Source: Candidatus Poribacteria bacterium
GTDB lineage: Bacteria > Poribacteria > WGA-4E > PCPOR2b
Direction of reading: 5' to 3'
NCBI GenBank assembly: GCA_965116925.1
Contig: OZ220744.1
Span: forward strand, 3,104,001-3,168,000
Length of the DNA: 64,000 bases
The position numbers and the translations under genes are program-made. Shown here piece by piece: positions 50,210-59,067 of this stretch. The number at the start of each line of letters is the position of its first letter. Positions within the stretch are counted from its first letter, which is position 1. A model generated the notes under the pieces. That model searched no databases, was not told where the DNA came from, and saw only the letters and a program-made list of their open reading frames with translations.

Positions 50210-50324
50210 GGCTCATGTTAAGAATTCGTGCAAAAGCATTGACTTACCTCAAAAACCGTAGGCGGGGCATCTTGCCCCGCCGTCAACGCGTTCATCGTAA
50301 TTGCACTCCGTTTTTACATGAGCC
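50210..50324. mobile_element. MITE family C with 8-bp target duplication ACCTTTTT (diverged copy 51557-51665)
   Basis: GGCTCATGT...ACATGAGCC ends, central GTAGGCGGGGCATCTTGCCCCGCC REP. Confidence 0.78.
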
Positions 50325-50446
50325 ACCTTTTTTACCACGTAACCCTCCAAACTCAGAAGCAATGGTATGGAACATGCCAAGTCTTTGTTCATAAGTCTTT
50401 TGGGTGGTTCAGAAATTTATGGGCCTCAATGAACCAAGTTTCCAAG

Positions 50447-51541
50447 TTAATACACTCCCACCACCACGGACTCCTGAAGTTCCGAGAGCAGTCGCAGATT
50501 CTCAACGCCGTCCCACGGATACTGTTCGATCGGTCGCGCCCGTTCTGCTTCATCTCTTTCGAGGAAACGTGGCATGAAAAACTCGTGCGTCAACGTGGTC
50601 AACATCACCCGCCCCGTTTCACCGTAGTCAACAAGTTCTTCAGGGTTATCGGGATTGACTAATTCAATGACAGCGCGGGGTTGCGGCGGATAGTAGATAA
50701 TTGCGTAATTATCGGCAGGGTCAAACGGCTTGCAACACGCCAAGCCCATGAGCGTGTTTCCATACGTCGGCATAAATTCAACCCCCGGCACCAACTCCTC
50801 ACGGGCAAAGCGGTGAAACTGGGCGTCCATCTCTGTCCCACCGCAAAAGATGCCTTTGATACCAGCCTTCGGTAGGGAGATCTTTTCGGACAACGCTTCA
50901 AGCAACTTCGGTGTTGTGAACAGACACTGGATATTATCGTGGGCACGTAAGATATTCAAGGCTTGATCAATAACGTGATTTTTATAGAGATCCAACTCCT
51001 GATGTTTTCCGTACTGAATCAATTTGTTCACCCAGCGCGGATCGAGATCGACGAGAAAGCAGATACCGCCTCGATGTTGTGCGAGGTATTCAACGGCGAG
51101 ACGAAGCCGTCGCGGACCCGAGGGGCCCAGCATCAGCCAATCGCCACCGGGCGGGAAGCTTTCATCGGGCAAGGTTTCGCTGAACATCTCGTAATCAATC
51201 TGGAAGTCACGGATACTGATGCGAGTCTTTGGAACGCCGGTGGATCCACCTGTTTCAAATACGTACACAGGTTGGTCTGCGTAACCTCTGGGCACCCACC
51301 GCCGCACCGGTCCACCGCGCAACCATTCATCCTGAAAATGTCCAAGCAGCTTTAAGTCGTCGTAGCTTCCTATTTTCTCACGAGGATCAAAATCGAGCGT
51401 CTCTGCAAATTCCAACCAAAACGGGGCACCGGTCTCTGGGCTGAAATGCCACTGAACAATTTCACGCACGTGGGCATCAAGCCGATCCCGTGCTTCTTCC
51501 GCTTTTTTAGATAATGATTGATTCAAAGTCTCCATAGTCAT
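50447..51541 (-). CDS. Short ANL-superfamily adenylating enzyme, EhpF/LuxE-like
   Basis: WHF...G..FW start, ETGGSTGVPK P-loop, TYGNT, ERD; 364 aa with no C-terminal lid domain. Confidence 0.75.
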   Translation of the reverse strand: MTMETLNQSLSKKAEEARDRLDAHVREIVQWHFSPETGAPFWLEFAETLDFDPREKIGSYDDLKLLGHFQDEWLRGGPVRRWVPRGYADQPVYVFETGGSTGVPKTRISIRDFQIDYEMFSETLPDESFPPGGDWLMLGPSGPRRLRLAVEYLAQHRGGICFLVDLDPRWVNKLIQYGKHQELDLYKNHVIDQALNILRAHDNIQCLFTTPKLLEALSEKISLPKAGIKGIFCGGTEMDAQFHRFAREELVPGVEFMPTYGNTLMGLACCKPFDPADNYAIIYYPPQPRAVIELVNPDNPEELVDYGETGRVMLTTLTHEFFMPRFLERDEAERARPIEQYPWDGVENLRLLSELQESVVVGVY

Positions 51542-51685
51542 AAATATATCCTATATGGTTCACGTAAAAAAAAGTGCAAAATACCAAAAGAAACCGTAGG
51601 CGGGGCATCTTGCCCCGCCCGTGCCAAAAACTTGGTTTCTGTTGCATGCTTTCTTAACATAAACCATCCTACTATAATGAGAGGC

Positions 51686-52561
51686 TTAATCCTCTAACTT
51701 CCAGCTGATATCGATACTTGGGTAATCCTCAACGTAACGCTGCAACTGCGGAGAGAGTCCTTCCATGAACCGGTGCGCGGATTCAGGTAACTCCCACGGA
51801 ATTGAGAGCTTTTCTCGGGTCGGACGAAAAATGAAGCCACATGAGAGACGGGGTTCATCGCCGCCGTGTGGAAAAGCACCGTGATACGTCCGTGCCGCAA
51901 AGATGATGAGATCGCCCGGCTCTGTGAAAAGTGGAACTGTCCCCGGCATATCCATCCGATCATACGGTTTCGGCTCTTCGCCCGTTCGGTGGAATGAACG
52001 CTGATCCGCCGTAAATTCAAATCCATCAGGCGGTTGCCAGTCAGCCCTATGCGAGTCTGCGATAACTGCAAGCCCCGCTCGACTCGGATGTGTGCCGTTG
52101 AGGTAAAACCACATACCGTTGGGCCAATCACCTCGATTCAACACGTCGCCGGAGTGTTTTGGCGGCGGTTCAGAAAAGCCACACCAATCGGTATGCCACA
52201 ACACCGGACCCGATTCAACATTCTTCAGGATTGCAGCGGATCGATGGATCGTGAGCGCGTCAGTTCCAAAAATACATCGATTGATATTCAGATAATCTTC
52301 ATTCTCAAGCAGTTTCCAAAGGGGCTTTGAGTATTCGATGAAAGCGTGCTTGGTACGCGTTTCCCCAAGTCCCAAGTCGCCCTCCGGATCAAGCACCTGA
52401 CCGACCGATTCCTTCAATTCCTCCACATAATCCGGCGACAACACGTTCTTTACAACGGCAAAACCGTGTGCGTCATGACACGCCTTAATCGCTGTGAGCT
52501 CGTCCGCCTCAAACTCATATCGATAGGGTAAATTGACAGGTTGAAAGTTATCCTTAGACAT
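51686..52561 (-). CDS. Phytanoyl-CoA dioxygenase-family protein
   Basis: HGFAVVKNVL, WHTD, PGDLIIF...TYHG, R.S. Confidence 0.85.
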   Translation of the reverse strand: MSKDNFQPVNLPYRYEFEADELTAIKACHDAHGFAVVKNVLSPDYVEELKESVGQVLDPEGDLGLGETRTKHAFIEYSKPLWKLLENEDYLNINRCIFGTDALTIHRSAAILKNVESGPVLWHTDWCGFSEPPPKHSGDVLNRGDWPNGMWFYLNGTHPSRAGLAVIADSHRADWQPPDGFEFTADQRSFHRTGEEPKPYDRMDMPGTVPLFTEPGDLIIFAARTYHGAFPHGGDEPRLSCGFIFRPTREKLSIPWELPESAHRFMEGLSPQLQRYVEDYPSIDISWKLED

Positions 52562-52606
52562 TGATTACTCCTCCTCCAAACTACTATCGTGCAACAAAAA
52601 CCGATT

Positions 52607-52898
52607 TATAGTGAATTCAAAAAAATAAATAGAAACTTTCGTTCCCCATGTTTGGTAGGCGCTGTTTCATGAAGTTTAAGTATTTAAATCGGTAATCCCG
52701 ATTTGCCTCCAAACATACGGTAGGCGCGGTTTTATGAAGTTTAAGTATTTAAATCGGTAATCCCGATTTGCCTCCAAACACACGGTAGGCGCGGTTTTCA
52801 ACCGCGCCGGTGTCGCTAGCAAATTACCGAACTGTTTTTTTAATTTTCAGCCAACTGCGCCGATTTGGAGTGTCTCATTAATTCTAAAATCTACTATA
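52607..52898. mobile_element. MITE A with MITE B (52669-52850, left part doubled at 52734) in the loop of its internal REP
   Basis: A ends at 52607 and 52898; flanks GTAGGCGCTGTTTC | CCAACTGCGCC. Confidence 0.78.
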
Positions 52899-53018
52899 AT
52901 TCACCCGTTTATTAATGAACCAATGTACTAATGAACCAATGAACAAATGTCTTTCACGTTTCACGCATCACGTTTCACGTATCTTTTAAGATGAGCCATT
53001 CTCTTTTGCGTGCTTACG

Positions 53019-54482
53019 TTACTCCATAGCAATCGCAAAGAGCGTATTCCGACTCGCGATATACAGCACACCGTCTTTTGCTACCGGCGTGGTATAAACC
53101 GCACTCCCCATGTTAGTCTCGAAAATCAGTTCTTTCTCTTTACCCGCTCTTAAAATAGCGAGATCTCCGTCCTCATCTCCGATGTATACCTTGCCATCTG
53201 CCACAAATGTCGATCCCCAAATCGCAGCAAAGGTGTCATACGTCCAATGGTGTTCACCTGTGTTCGCATCAAGACAGTAAACAAAGCCGCTCAAGTCTGC
53301 TATGTAGAGCAAGTCATTGTCAATGGCTACGGTGGACATCGTGCGGTGGAAATCCTCGCCGCCCCGATGCCAGACTGCGCCCGTTTCGGTGATGTCTCCC
53401 TCACCTGTTGCGTCAATCACCCACAGATGACCCACTCCCTCACCGTGTTCAGGGTCCTGTCCCACGCTGATATAAACCCTATCCTTCCAGATGACAGGTG
53501 TCGAGATAATGTTATTGCGTGTCCCTCTCCCGCCCAGTTCCCAAACAGAATCTTTGGGATTGCAGTCGAACTTCCAGATCAGTTCTCCAATCTCTGGTTC
53601 GAGGGAATAGATCCAGCCATCGCCGCCGGGAAAAATAACTTGGGGTTTGCCGTTGATTACCCCGTAGGCTGGGTTAGACCATTGACCGTGTAAGATATTT
53701 TCGGCTGGAGAGGCATCTTCCCAAACCAGTTCACCGGTGTTTTTATTGAGTGCGATAAAGCTCGGCGCGAAAGGGGAAGGAATGTGAACGTGCCCTTCGT
53801 CGACGCCATTGCTCGTTTCCACAAAGAGCAGATCGCCGGCACCGACCGGGGAACAGGTGGCAAGATTGTGCGGAAAAACCTCCAACTCCTCGATCATATC
53901 ATACTTCCAGATAATGTCCCCATCAATTTCACTAGTGTCAACTTCTTCCGTGAAGGGCCCATCATTTTCTCCGTCCATAAAGCCTTCGGTATCAACACAG
54001 ACAACTTCAGCGCGGTTGGAAATATAGTAAAGTCGATCGTCCTCAATGTAAGGTGTTGAACAGATGCCCTGTTGGGGCCAATCGTTGACACGGCCGGCGG
54101 GGAGTTTGGTATGTGTGGATTGCCAGAGAAATTCCCCGTCCGATTCACGAAACGCCATCATAACGCCGCGATCGCCAGTAAGTTTCGGATTTCGCCTGCC
54201 TTGATTATTCGTTCCAACAAACACCTTGCCGCCGATGAGGATGGGCCCCGCATAGGTCTGCGAACCCAAGGTTGCCGTCCATTTGATGTTCAATCCAGTT
54301 TCCGCGTCCCATTTTACCGGCAAATTCTTCTCATCGGAGACGAGGTTTCGCGATGGTGTGAATCCCCACATCGCCGTCTCAGCGAAGGCGGCCATTGCCG
54401 AACCCATCAAAACCATCGTGAGAATAATATAAGCGATAGTATCTGTTTTTAGAATTTGTTTATATTTCATTTTGCTCCTCAT
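53019..54482 (-). CDS. Secreted PQQ-like beta-propeller protein
   Basis: Signal peptide, MWG..P.RN, repeated G...W blades. Confidence 0.85.
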   Translation of the reverse strand: MRSKMKYKQILKTDTIAYIILTMVLMGSAMAAFAETAMWGFTPSRNLVSDEKNLPVKWDAETGLNIKWTATLGSQTYAGPILIGGKVFVGTNNQGRRNPKLTGDRGVMMAFRESDGEFLWQSTHTKLPAGRVNDWPQQGICSTPYIEDDRLYYISNRAEVVCVDTEGFMDGENDGPFTEEVDTSEIDGDIIWKYDMIEELEVFPHNLATCSPVGAGDLLFVETSNGVDEGHVHIPSPFAPSFIALNKNTGELVWEDASPAENILHGQWSNPAYGVINGKPQVIFPGGDGWIYSLEPEIGELIWKFDCNPKDSVWELGGRGTRNNIISTPVIWKDRVYISVGQDPEHGEGVGHLWVIDATGEGDITETGAVWHRGGEDFHRTMSTVAIDNDLLYIADLSGFVYCLDANTGEHHWTYDTFAAIWGSTFVADGKVYIGDEDGDLAILRAGKEKELIFETNMGSAVYTTPVAKDGVLYIASRNTLFAIAME

Positions 54483-54850
54483 AATTGTGAGTAGTTGCTA
54501 ACCGTAAATTAGTGTCAGTTGCTTGGTTAGGAGTTACGCAGTTGAATGTTCGACGTTTTGTAGTTCGGCGATTTATCGCCGCTTCATACCCTCCCAACGC
54601 CCGATGAATCGGGCAACTACAACAGAGATTTCATAAGGGGTTCGTAGTGAACGCAGATCTGCGTTCATTACTGAAATGCGTAAGTCCTATAGGTATTGAA
54701 AATCTATCGGTCTTCTGTTAAACCTGAAGTGGCTAGTTTTTCGCTCCAGAGGAGCGATATGTCTATAGAAAGGCAATAGGTCTAATGCACGCGCTCCAGA
54801 GGAGCGCAATGTGTATAGTATTAGTAAAACAGGTAACAATTTAGGTTACA

Positions 54851-55630
54851 TTAAAAGTTGTCTAACTGCGTTCGTGTAATTTCACTTAATTTTCCGTCGT
54901 GAAGTCTGTATGTGTCATAGAAATCTGCACAGTCGTGATCGGAGTATGTTTCCAACACCTTTACGCACCAAGCAAACAGGGTTCTGAGCGAAGCGCATGT
55001 GTCGGGACGAGACAGAACACGCTCGATGTCAATCTGATCGAGAATCCTTCCACCATCGTCAATCTCTCTAAAACTAGGACGCATTTGTCTAAGATCGCTT
55101 TTAGGATTACGAATTGTTTCTACATCATCTTCATAATCTAACAAGGAAGTTCCCAAAACAGCGTTAATCGCTGGTGCGTCAGTGAGGTAGTACGCTTCAA
55201 GCATATTCACCAGAAAATGCACGGATGCCCGATGCTTCAAGCCGTTTAATACCGTATCAAGTACCGTTCGATAAAGATTGAAAACCTCTAGTGCTTGGTC
55301 CCTTCGAGCATACTCTAAATCGTCAATTAGTAGAACAAAGTGGCATCCGCTGCGGCGCACATAGCCTAGTGCTGGCAATCCAATCTCTAACTCATCCTTC
55401 GTTTCAATTGCCTGATTAATGCCCGCCACTGTAGGATTTTGCGCGCTTGATGTTTTCGGAGTGCGCTGTTCAATTTTCCGAATAACTTCAAAGTGGCAAA
55501 CTCCAGTTGCCATCAACGACCTAAATAACTTTGGTAGATGCTCCCTTTCAGTGTCCCCGGTAACAATTAAGCCGAAGCGAAAATAAGCGCAGCGCGGGGA
55601 TTCGGTAGATACTGCAGCCTGTGCACTCAT
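54851..55630 (-). CDS. DUF4276-like (TOPRIM-related) protein
   Basis: LIVTGDTE, LIDDLE, MLEAYYL.D, E.IRNPK; ATGA overlap with the ATPase. Confidence 0.7.
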   Translation of the reverse strand: MSAQAAVSTESPRCAYFRFGLIVTGDTEREHLPKLFRSLMATGVCHFEVIRKIEQRTPKTSSAQNPTVAGINQAIETKDELEIGLPALGYVRRSGCHFVLLIDDLEYARRDQALEVFNLYRTVLDTVLNGLKHRASVHFLVNMLEAYYLTDAPAINAVLGTSLLDYEDDVETIRNPKSDLRQMRPSFREIDDGGRILDQIDIERVLSRPDTCASLRTLFAWCVKVLETYSDHDCADFYDTYRLHDGKLSEITRTQLDNF

Positions 55631-56835
55631 TCAGTCTTCTCTTGGGTGTAGGGAGCACTTTGTGGAGCGATTGCTTCAGCCATATAGAGCGATCCCGTCG
55701 CATAGGTTTCGAGCAAATCTTGAATATCGTCCATCTCGCTGACCCGCGTCAGCACTGTCTGACCGGACTCATCCAATTCTGTCACTAAAAGATCTTCTGT
55801 GTCAAATTGACTAATCAAAACTGGGGAATGTGTTGCGATGAAAACCTGCTTGTTCCACTCCTTTGTGGCTAGCTTGACCGCTTCCGCAAACACGGAAATA
55901 GCATAAGGGTGAAGCGAGGTCTCCGGCTCATCGAACACAATCAGTGAGTCTCGATCCGTTCCCTCAGAAAATAGAGCCGTTAGGTGGATAAGCATTTGCA
56001 GTTGGCCATCCGACACACCGAGTGCTGGAATTGGAGCTTGGCAGTTTTTTTCTACGAAGCTAGCGTAGACTCCGTTTGGCCCCGCTGAATCAAACACCAT
56101 ATCTTTGAAGTTGGGGAAACTGTTTTGCATGAAACTGATGATAGTTGCATAACGCGAATCAATCGCACCTTTACCATGAATGTTCCGCAGCACCGACCAT
56201 AGATTTCCACAATCCTCACGCAACGTGATATCCATGCCTGACTCCGAACCACGTTGCTTGAGCCCATATAGATCAATATAGTGAGAATGGTAAAAACGAA
56301 CGGAATTGAGTAGACTGCGTAAATTGAAAACGGTTGACGGAGTATGTTCCTTTCCTTGCATATATTGTATCAAAGCAAGTTTTTCTGGAAACGTCAAAGG
56401 GATTTGCACGATTGAGTTTTCTTCATGATGATAAAAATCAGCTTCATTGCTGTTTGTTCTTCGATTTATCAGGCGGATCTTTTTTTCTTTGGAGTACAGA
56501 ACCTCCCCGGCATACGGCTGAATTTGTCCCCGTGAAAAGCCTAATCGGAGTGTGTACTCAGCAAGAACTGTTTCCAATATGATCGATATTCCTTGCCATT
56601 CATCAACGCGCTGCCCAACCCCCTGCCGCAACATACCAAAACCATTATTCCGCGTTCTAGCAGCCTCCTCAACGTCCCGGGAAACACAATCCTTAACCAA
56701 CCGAATTGTTTCCAACAACGTCGATTTCCCTGACCCATTCGGACCAAAGAGGAGGTTAATTGGGCGCGTTTCAATTGAGACATCTGCCAACGATCTGAAG
56801 TTTTTCACCTGTAAACGGGTTAATTGATTTCCCAT
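55627..56835 (-). CDS. ABC-type AAA ATPase (AAA_21/AbiEii-like)
   Basis: NFRSL, GPNGSGKS, SDGQ, FDEPETSLHP, ATHSP. Confidence 0.9.
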   Translation of the reverse strand: MGNQLTRLQVKNFRSLADVSIETRPINLLFGPNGSGKSTLLETIRLVKDCVSRDVEEAARTRNNGFGMLRQGVGQRVDEWQGISIILETVLAEYTLRLGFSRGQIQPYAGEVLYSKEKKIRLINRRTNSNEADFYHHEENSIVQIPLTFPEKLALIQYMQGKEHTPSTVFNLRSLLNSVRFYHSHYIDLYGLKQRGSESGMDITLREDCGNLWSVLRNIHGKGAIDSRYATIISFMQNSFPNFKDMVFDSAGPNGVYASFVEKNCQAPIPALGVSDGQLQMLIHLTALFSEGTDRDSLIVFDEPETSLHPYAISVFAEAVKLATKEWNKQVFIATHSPVLISQFDTEDLLVTELDESGQTVLTRVSEMDDIQDLLETYATGSLYMAEAIAPQSAPYTQEKTE

Positions 56836-56844
56836 GACATCTCC

Positions 56845-59067
56845 TCAATCCCCCCAAACCTTCAGATTATCATAATAGACCTCAGCAGGCGAATAGCCAT
56901 AAATCCCCGGACTCCCCTCGCGATTCGGCAACGGATCCTCGACGATAATCGTCCATTCCTCCGGTTCTGCCTCACCTCTAACCCAAACTTTACCCTTGAC
57001 GTGCGCCGTATCATCGACAATATCCACCGTCATTTTCATCGTATACCAGACATTCGGCTCCCACTTGAAATCAATCCACTTTGCCATTCGGAGATCCGAT
57101 CGCCACGACAACACCTGAAGCCGTTGGTGGTTGCCCTGCATCTCAAGGGTATAACGATTGGCGATGAGTCCCATATCTGGCATGTTTCGCTTCGGCTTAG
57201 TCCCTAACAGATCGACCTGAACGGTGTAGTTCTTCATGTTCGGAGGACCAAGATAGACGTTGGAGCGATGTAACCCACGACGGGCGGGCGGTTTGACCAG
57301 AATTTTGTTCCCATCCATCTCACGGACGACAAATCGGTTTGTCGCGCGGACCCAATGCGATGGACTCTTCCCTACCTCTATCGACTCGAAATCCTCCTGC
57401 CACGGCAACGGTGGAATGACGCGGAGGCGCGCCGAGGTTTGTAGATCCTCGATTTTCGCCGATACTGTTCCGGCTTGACCGACCTGACTCGATTCAAGGG
57501 TCAGTTTGCCGCTCTCATCAATAGATCCTAACAATCCGTCCAGCGACCACTCAGCAGCCTTTGCGCCAATAATCTGGGCGCTTTCATCGTTAAAGGCATA
57601 AACGCTAAATTGGAGACTACTTCCCGGTTGAGCTATAACTTCGGTGGGGACAATCTGTATTGATGTGGGATAGCCAGTAGCCATCTTCATACCGACACCG
57701 CCTGATACAGAGCCAGATTGGCTTGAGGTGGAAGTCCCCTGAACCCCCAAGCAATACAACCCTTCCTCAGTGGTAAAGTAGACCCGGCCGTCAGCGATAG
57801 CAGGTGAGCCGTAAATCTCCGCGTAATGACCGGGTTCCCTTTCAATCTGTATCGTACTCAGCGTTTTGCATTCGTTCTCACCCGGTTGCAAGATGAGGAA
57901 GTGCCCGTTGACCTCCGTGACATAGATTTTACCGTCAGCGACGACAGGAGACCCTTTACCCACCGTACCGAGGCTATGTGTCCAATGCACCTCTCCGGTC
58001 TCGCCATTGAGACAGTGTAAGTTCGCCGCGCTGTCAACAACATAAAGCCGACCGTCAGCTATCGCCGGAGAGCTATAACCCGCCTCTATGCCGTCAACGC
58101 GCCAGAGTTCGTGTGTCTTGGTAATATCTCCTGTGCCCGTTCCATCAATGCAGACAACGCGCCCCATCACCGTCGTGTCCGTGTTCTCCCGATTGTGGCT
58201 TGCGTAGACCCGCGTGCCATCTACAACCACCGACGCATTGAGCGGCCCCTGACTGACTTGGAATCCCCAAACCTTCTCTCCCGTCTGCACGTCCATTGCG
58301 TACACATGACCGTCCGAATTGCCATCAATTAACAACCGACGACCATTTATCTCCGCTACGACAGAGACAGGATAGGTCGTATCCTTCGGAGGACCGCCGG
58401 GCTTCGTTGTCCAAACCACCTCGCCGTTCTTTTTATCAAAGGCAAAATAACGGTGGCGCATCGCAGCGTGGCTCCCCCAACTGGTATTAAGGAAACTGAG
58501 GATCACAAGGTCCCCATCGACAACGGGCGTAACAGTTCGCCCACCATACCCTGTGAATCGACCAAATTCCTCTGTCAAAGAGCGCGACCAGACAATCTTT
58601 CCATCTTTGTCGAAACAGGCAAACACGCCGCTGATGGTATGGGCATAGATATAGCCCGTTTCCCTATCTCCCGCGAGGCTTGTCCAACCCAGTCGGTTAA
58701 AAGGGATAGTGCTGTGAAAGACGTTGAATCGGTGTTCCCAGAGCATCTTTCCCGTTTCGGCATCAAAGCACGCAACCCGTTCCTGCTCGGTGATATCCAC
58801 CCCAACGCGCCCAATAACATAAACCCGATTGTTCAGAACGATTGGCGTGGAGCGTCCGATAAAATCTGCCTTCCAAAGCAAGTTGTCGCCATCCAAAGAC
58901 CAGCTTGAGACCAAGCCAGTTTGCGAAGATGAGCCATCTTGATTGGGACCGCGCCAACTGGGCCAATCCGAAGCCAACGCGCTATTAAAACCGATCAAGG
59001 GGGTACAAAGACCTGCCCCTATTAAGATAAAACAAAGAAATACTTTAAGCGTAACCCGAGTTCGCAT
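56845..59067 (-). CDS. Large secreted PQQ-like beta-propeller with C-terminal Ig-like and lectin-like (LamG/DUF1080-like) domains
   Basis: Signal peptide, DWPSWRGP, propeller repeats, Ser/Gly linker, WY.MK....KGKVW...EP..W...YDNL. Confidence 0.82.
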   Translation of the reverse strand: MRTRVTLKVFLCFILIGAGLCTPLIGFNSALASDWPSWRGPNQDGSSSQTGLVSSWSLDGDNLLWKADFIGRSTPIVLNNRVYVIGRVGVDITEQERVACFDAETGKMLWEHRFNVFHSTIPFNRLGWTSLAGDRETGYIYAHTISGVFACFDKDGKIVWSRSLTEEFGRFTGYGGRTVTPVVDGDLVILSFLNTSWGSHAAMRHRYFAFDKKNGEVVWTTKPGGPPKDTTYPVSVVAEINGRRLLIDGNSDGHVYAMDVQTGEKVWGFQVSQGPLNASVVVDGTRVYASHNRENTDTTVMGRVVCIDGTGTGDITKTHELWRVDGIEAGYSSPAIADGRLYVVDSAANLHCLNGETGEVHWTHSLGTVGKGSPVVADGKIYVTEVNGHFLILQPGENECKTLSTIQIEREPGHYAEIYGSPAIADGRVYFTTEEGLYCLGVQGTSTSSQSGSVSGGVGMKMATGYPTSIQIVPTEVIAQPGSSLQFSVYAFNDESAQIIGAKAAEWSLDGLLGSIDESGKLTLESSQVGQAGTVSAKIEDLQTSARLRVIPPLPWQEDFESIEVGKSPSHWVRATNRFVVREMDGNKILVKPPARRGLHRSNVYLGPPNMKNYTVQVDLLGTKPKRNMPDMGLIANRYTLEMQGNHQRLQVLSWRSDLRMAKWIDFKWEPNVWYTMKMTVDIVDDTAHVKGKVWVRGEAEPEEWTIIVEDPLPNREGSPGIYGYSPAEVYYDNLKVWGD

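Noticed and set aside
44355..51541. Bioluminescence (lux) or phenazine cluster
   Set aside because: No luxAB/luxD or phzA-G homologs recognisable; only the reductase-like module is shared
29791..59067. PQQ-dependent dehydrogenase call for the five propeller proteins
   Set aside because: Only the repeat fold is evident; there is no vicinal Cys-Cys or recognisable quinoprotein active site and no pqq genes in the window
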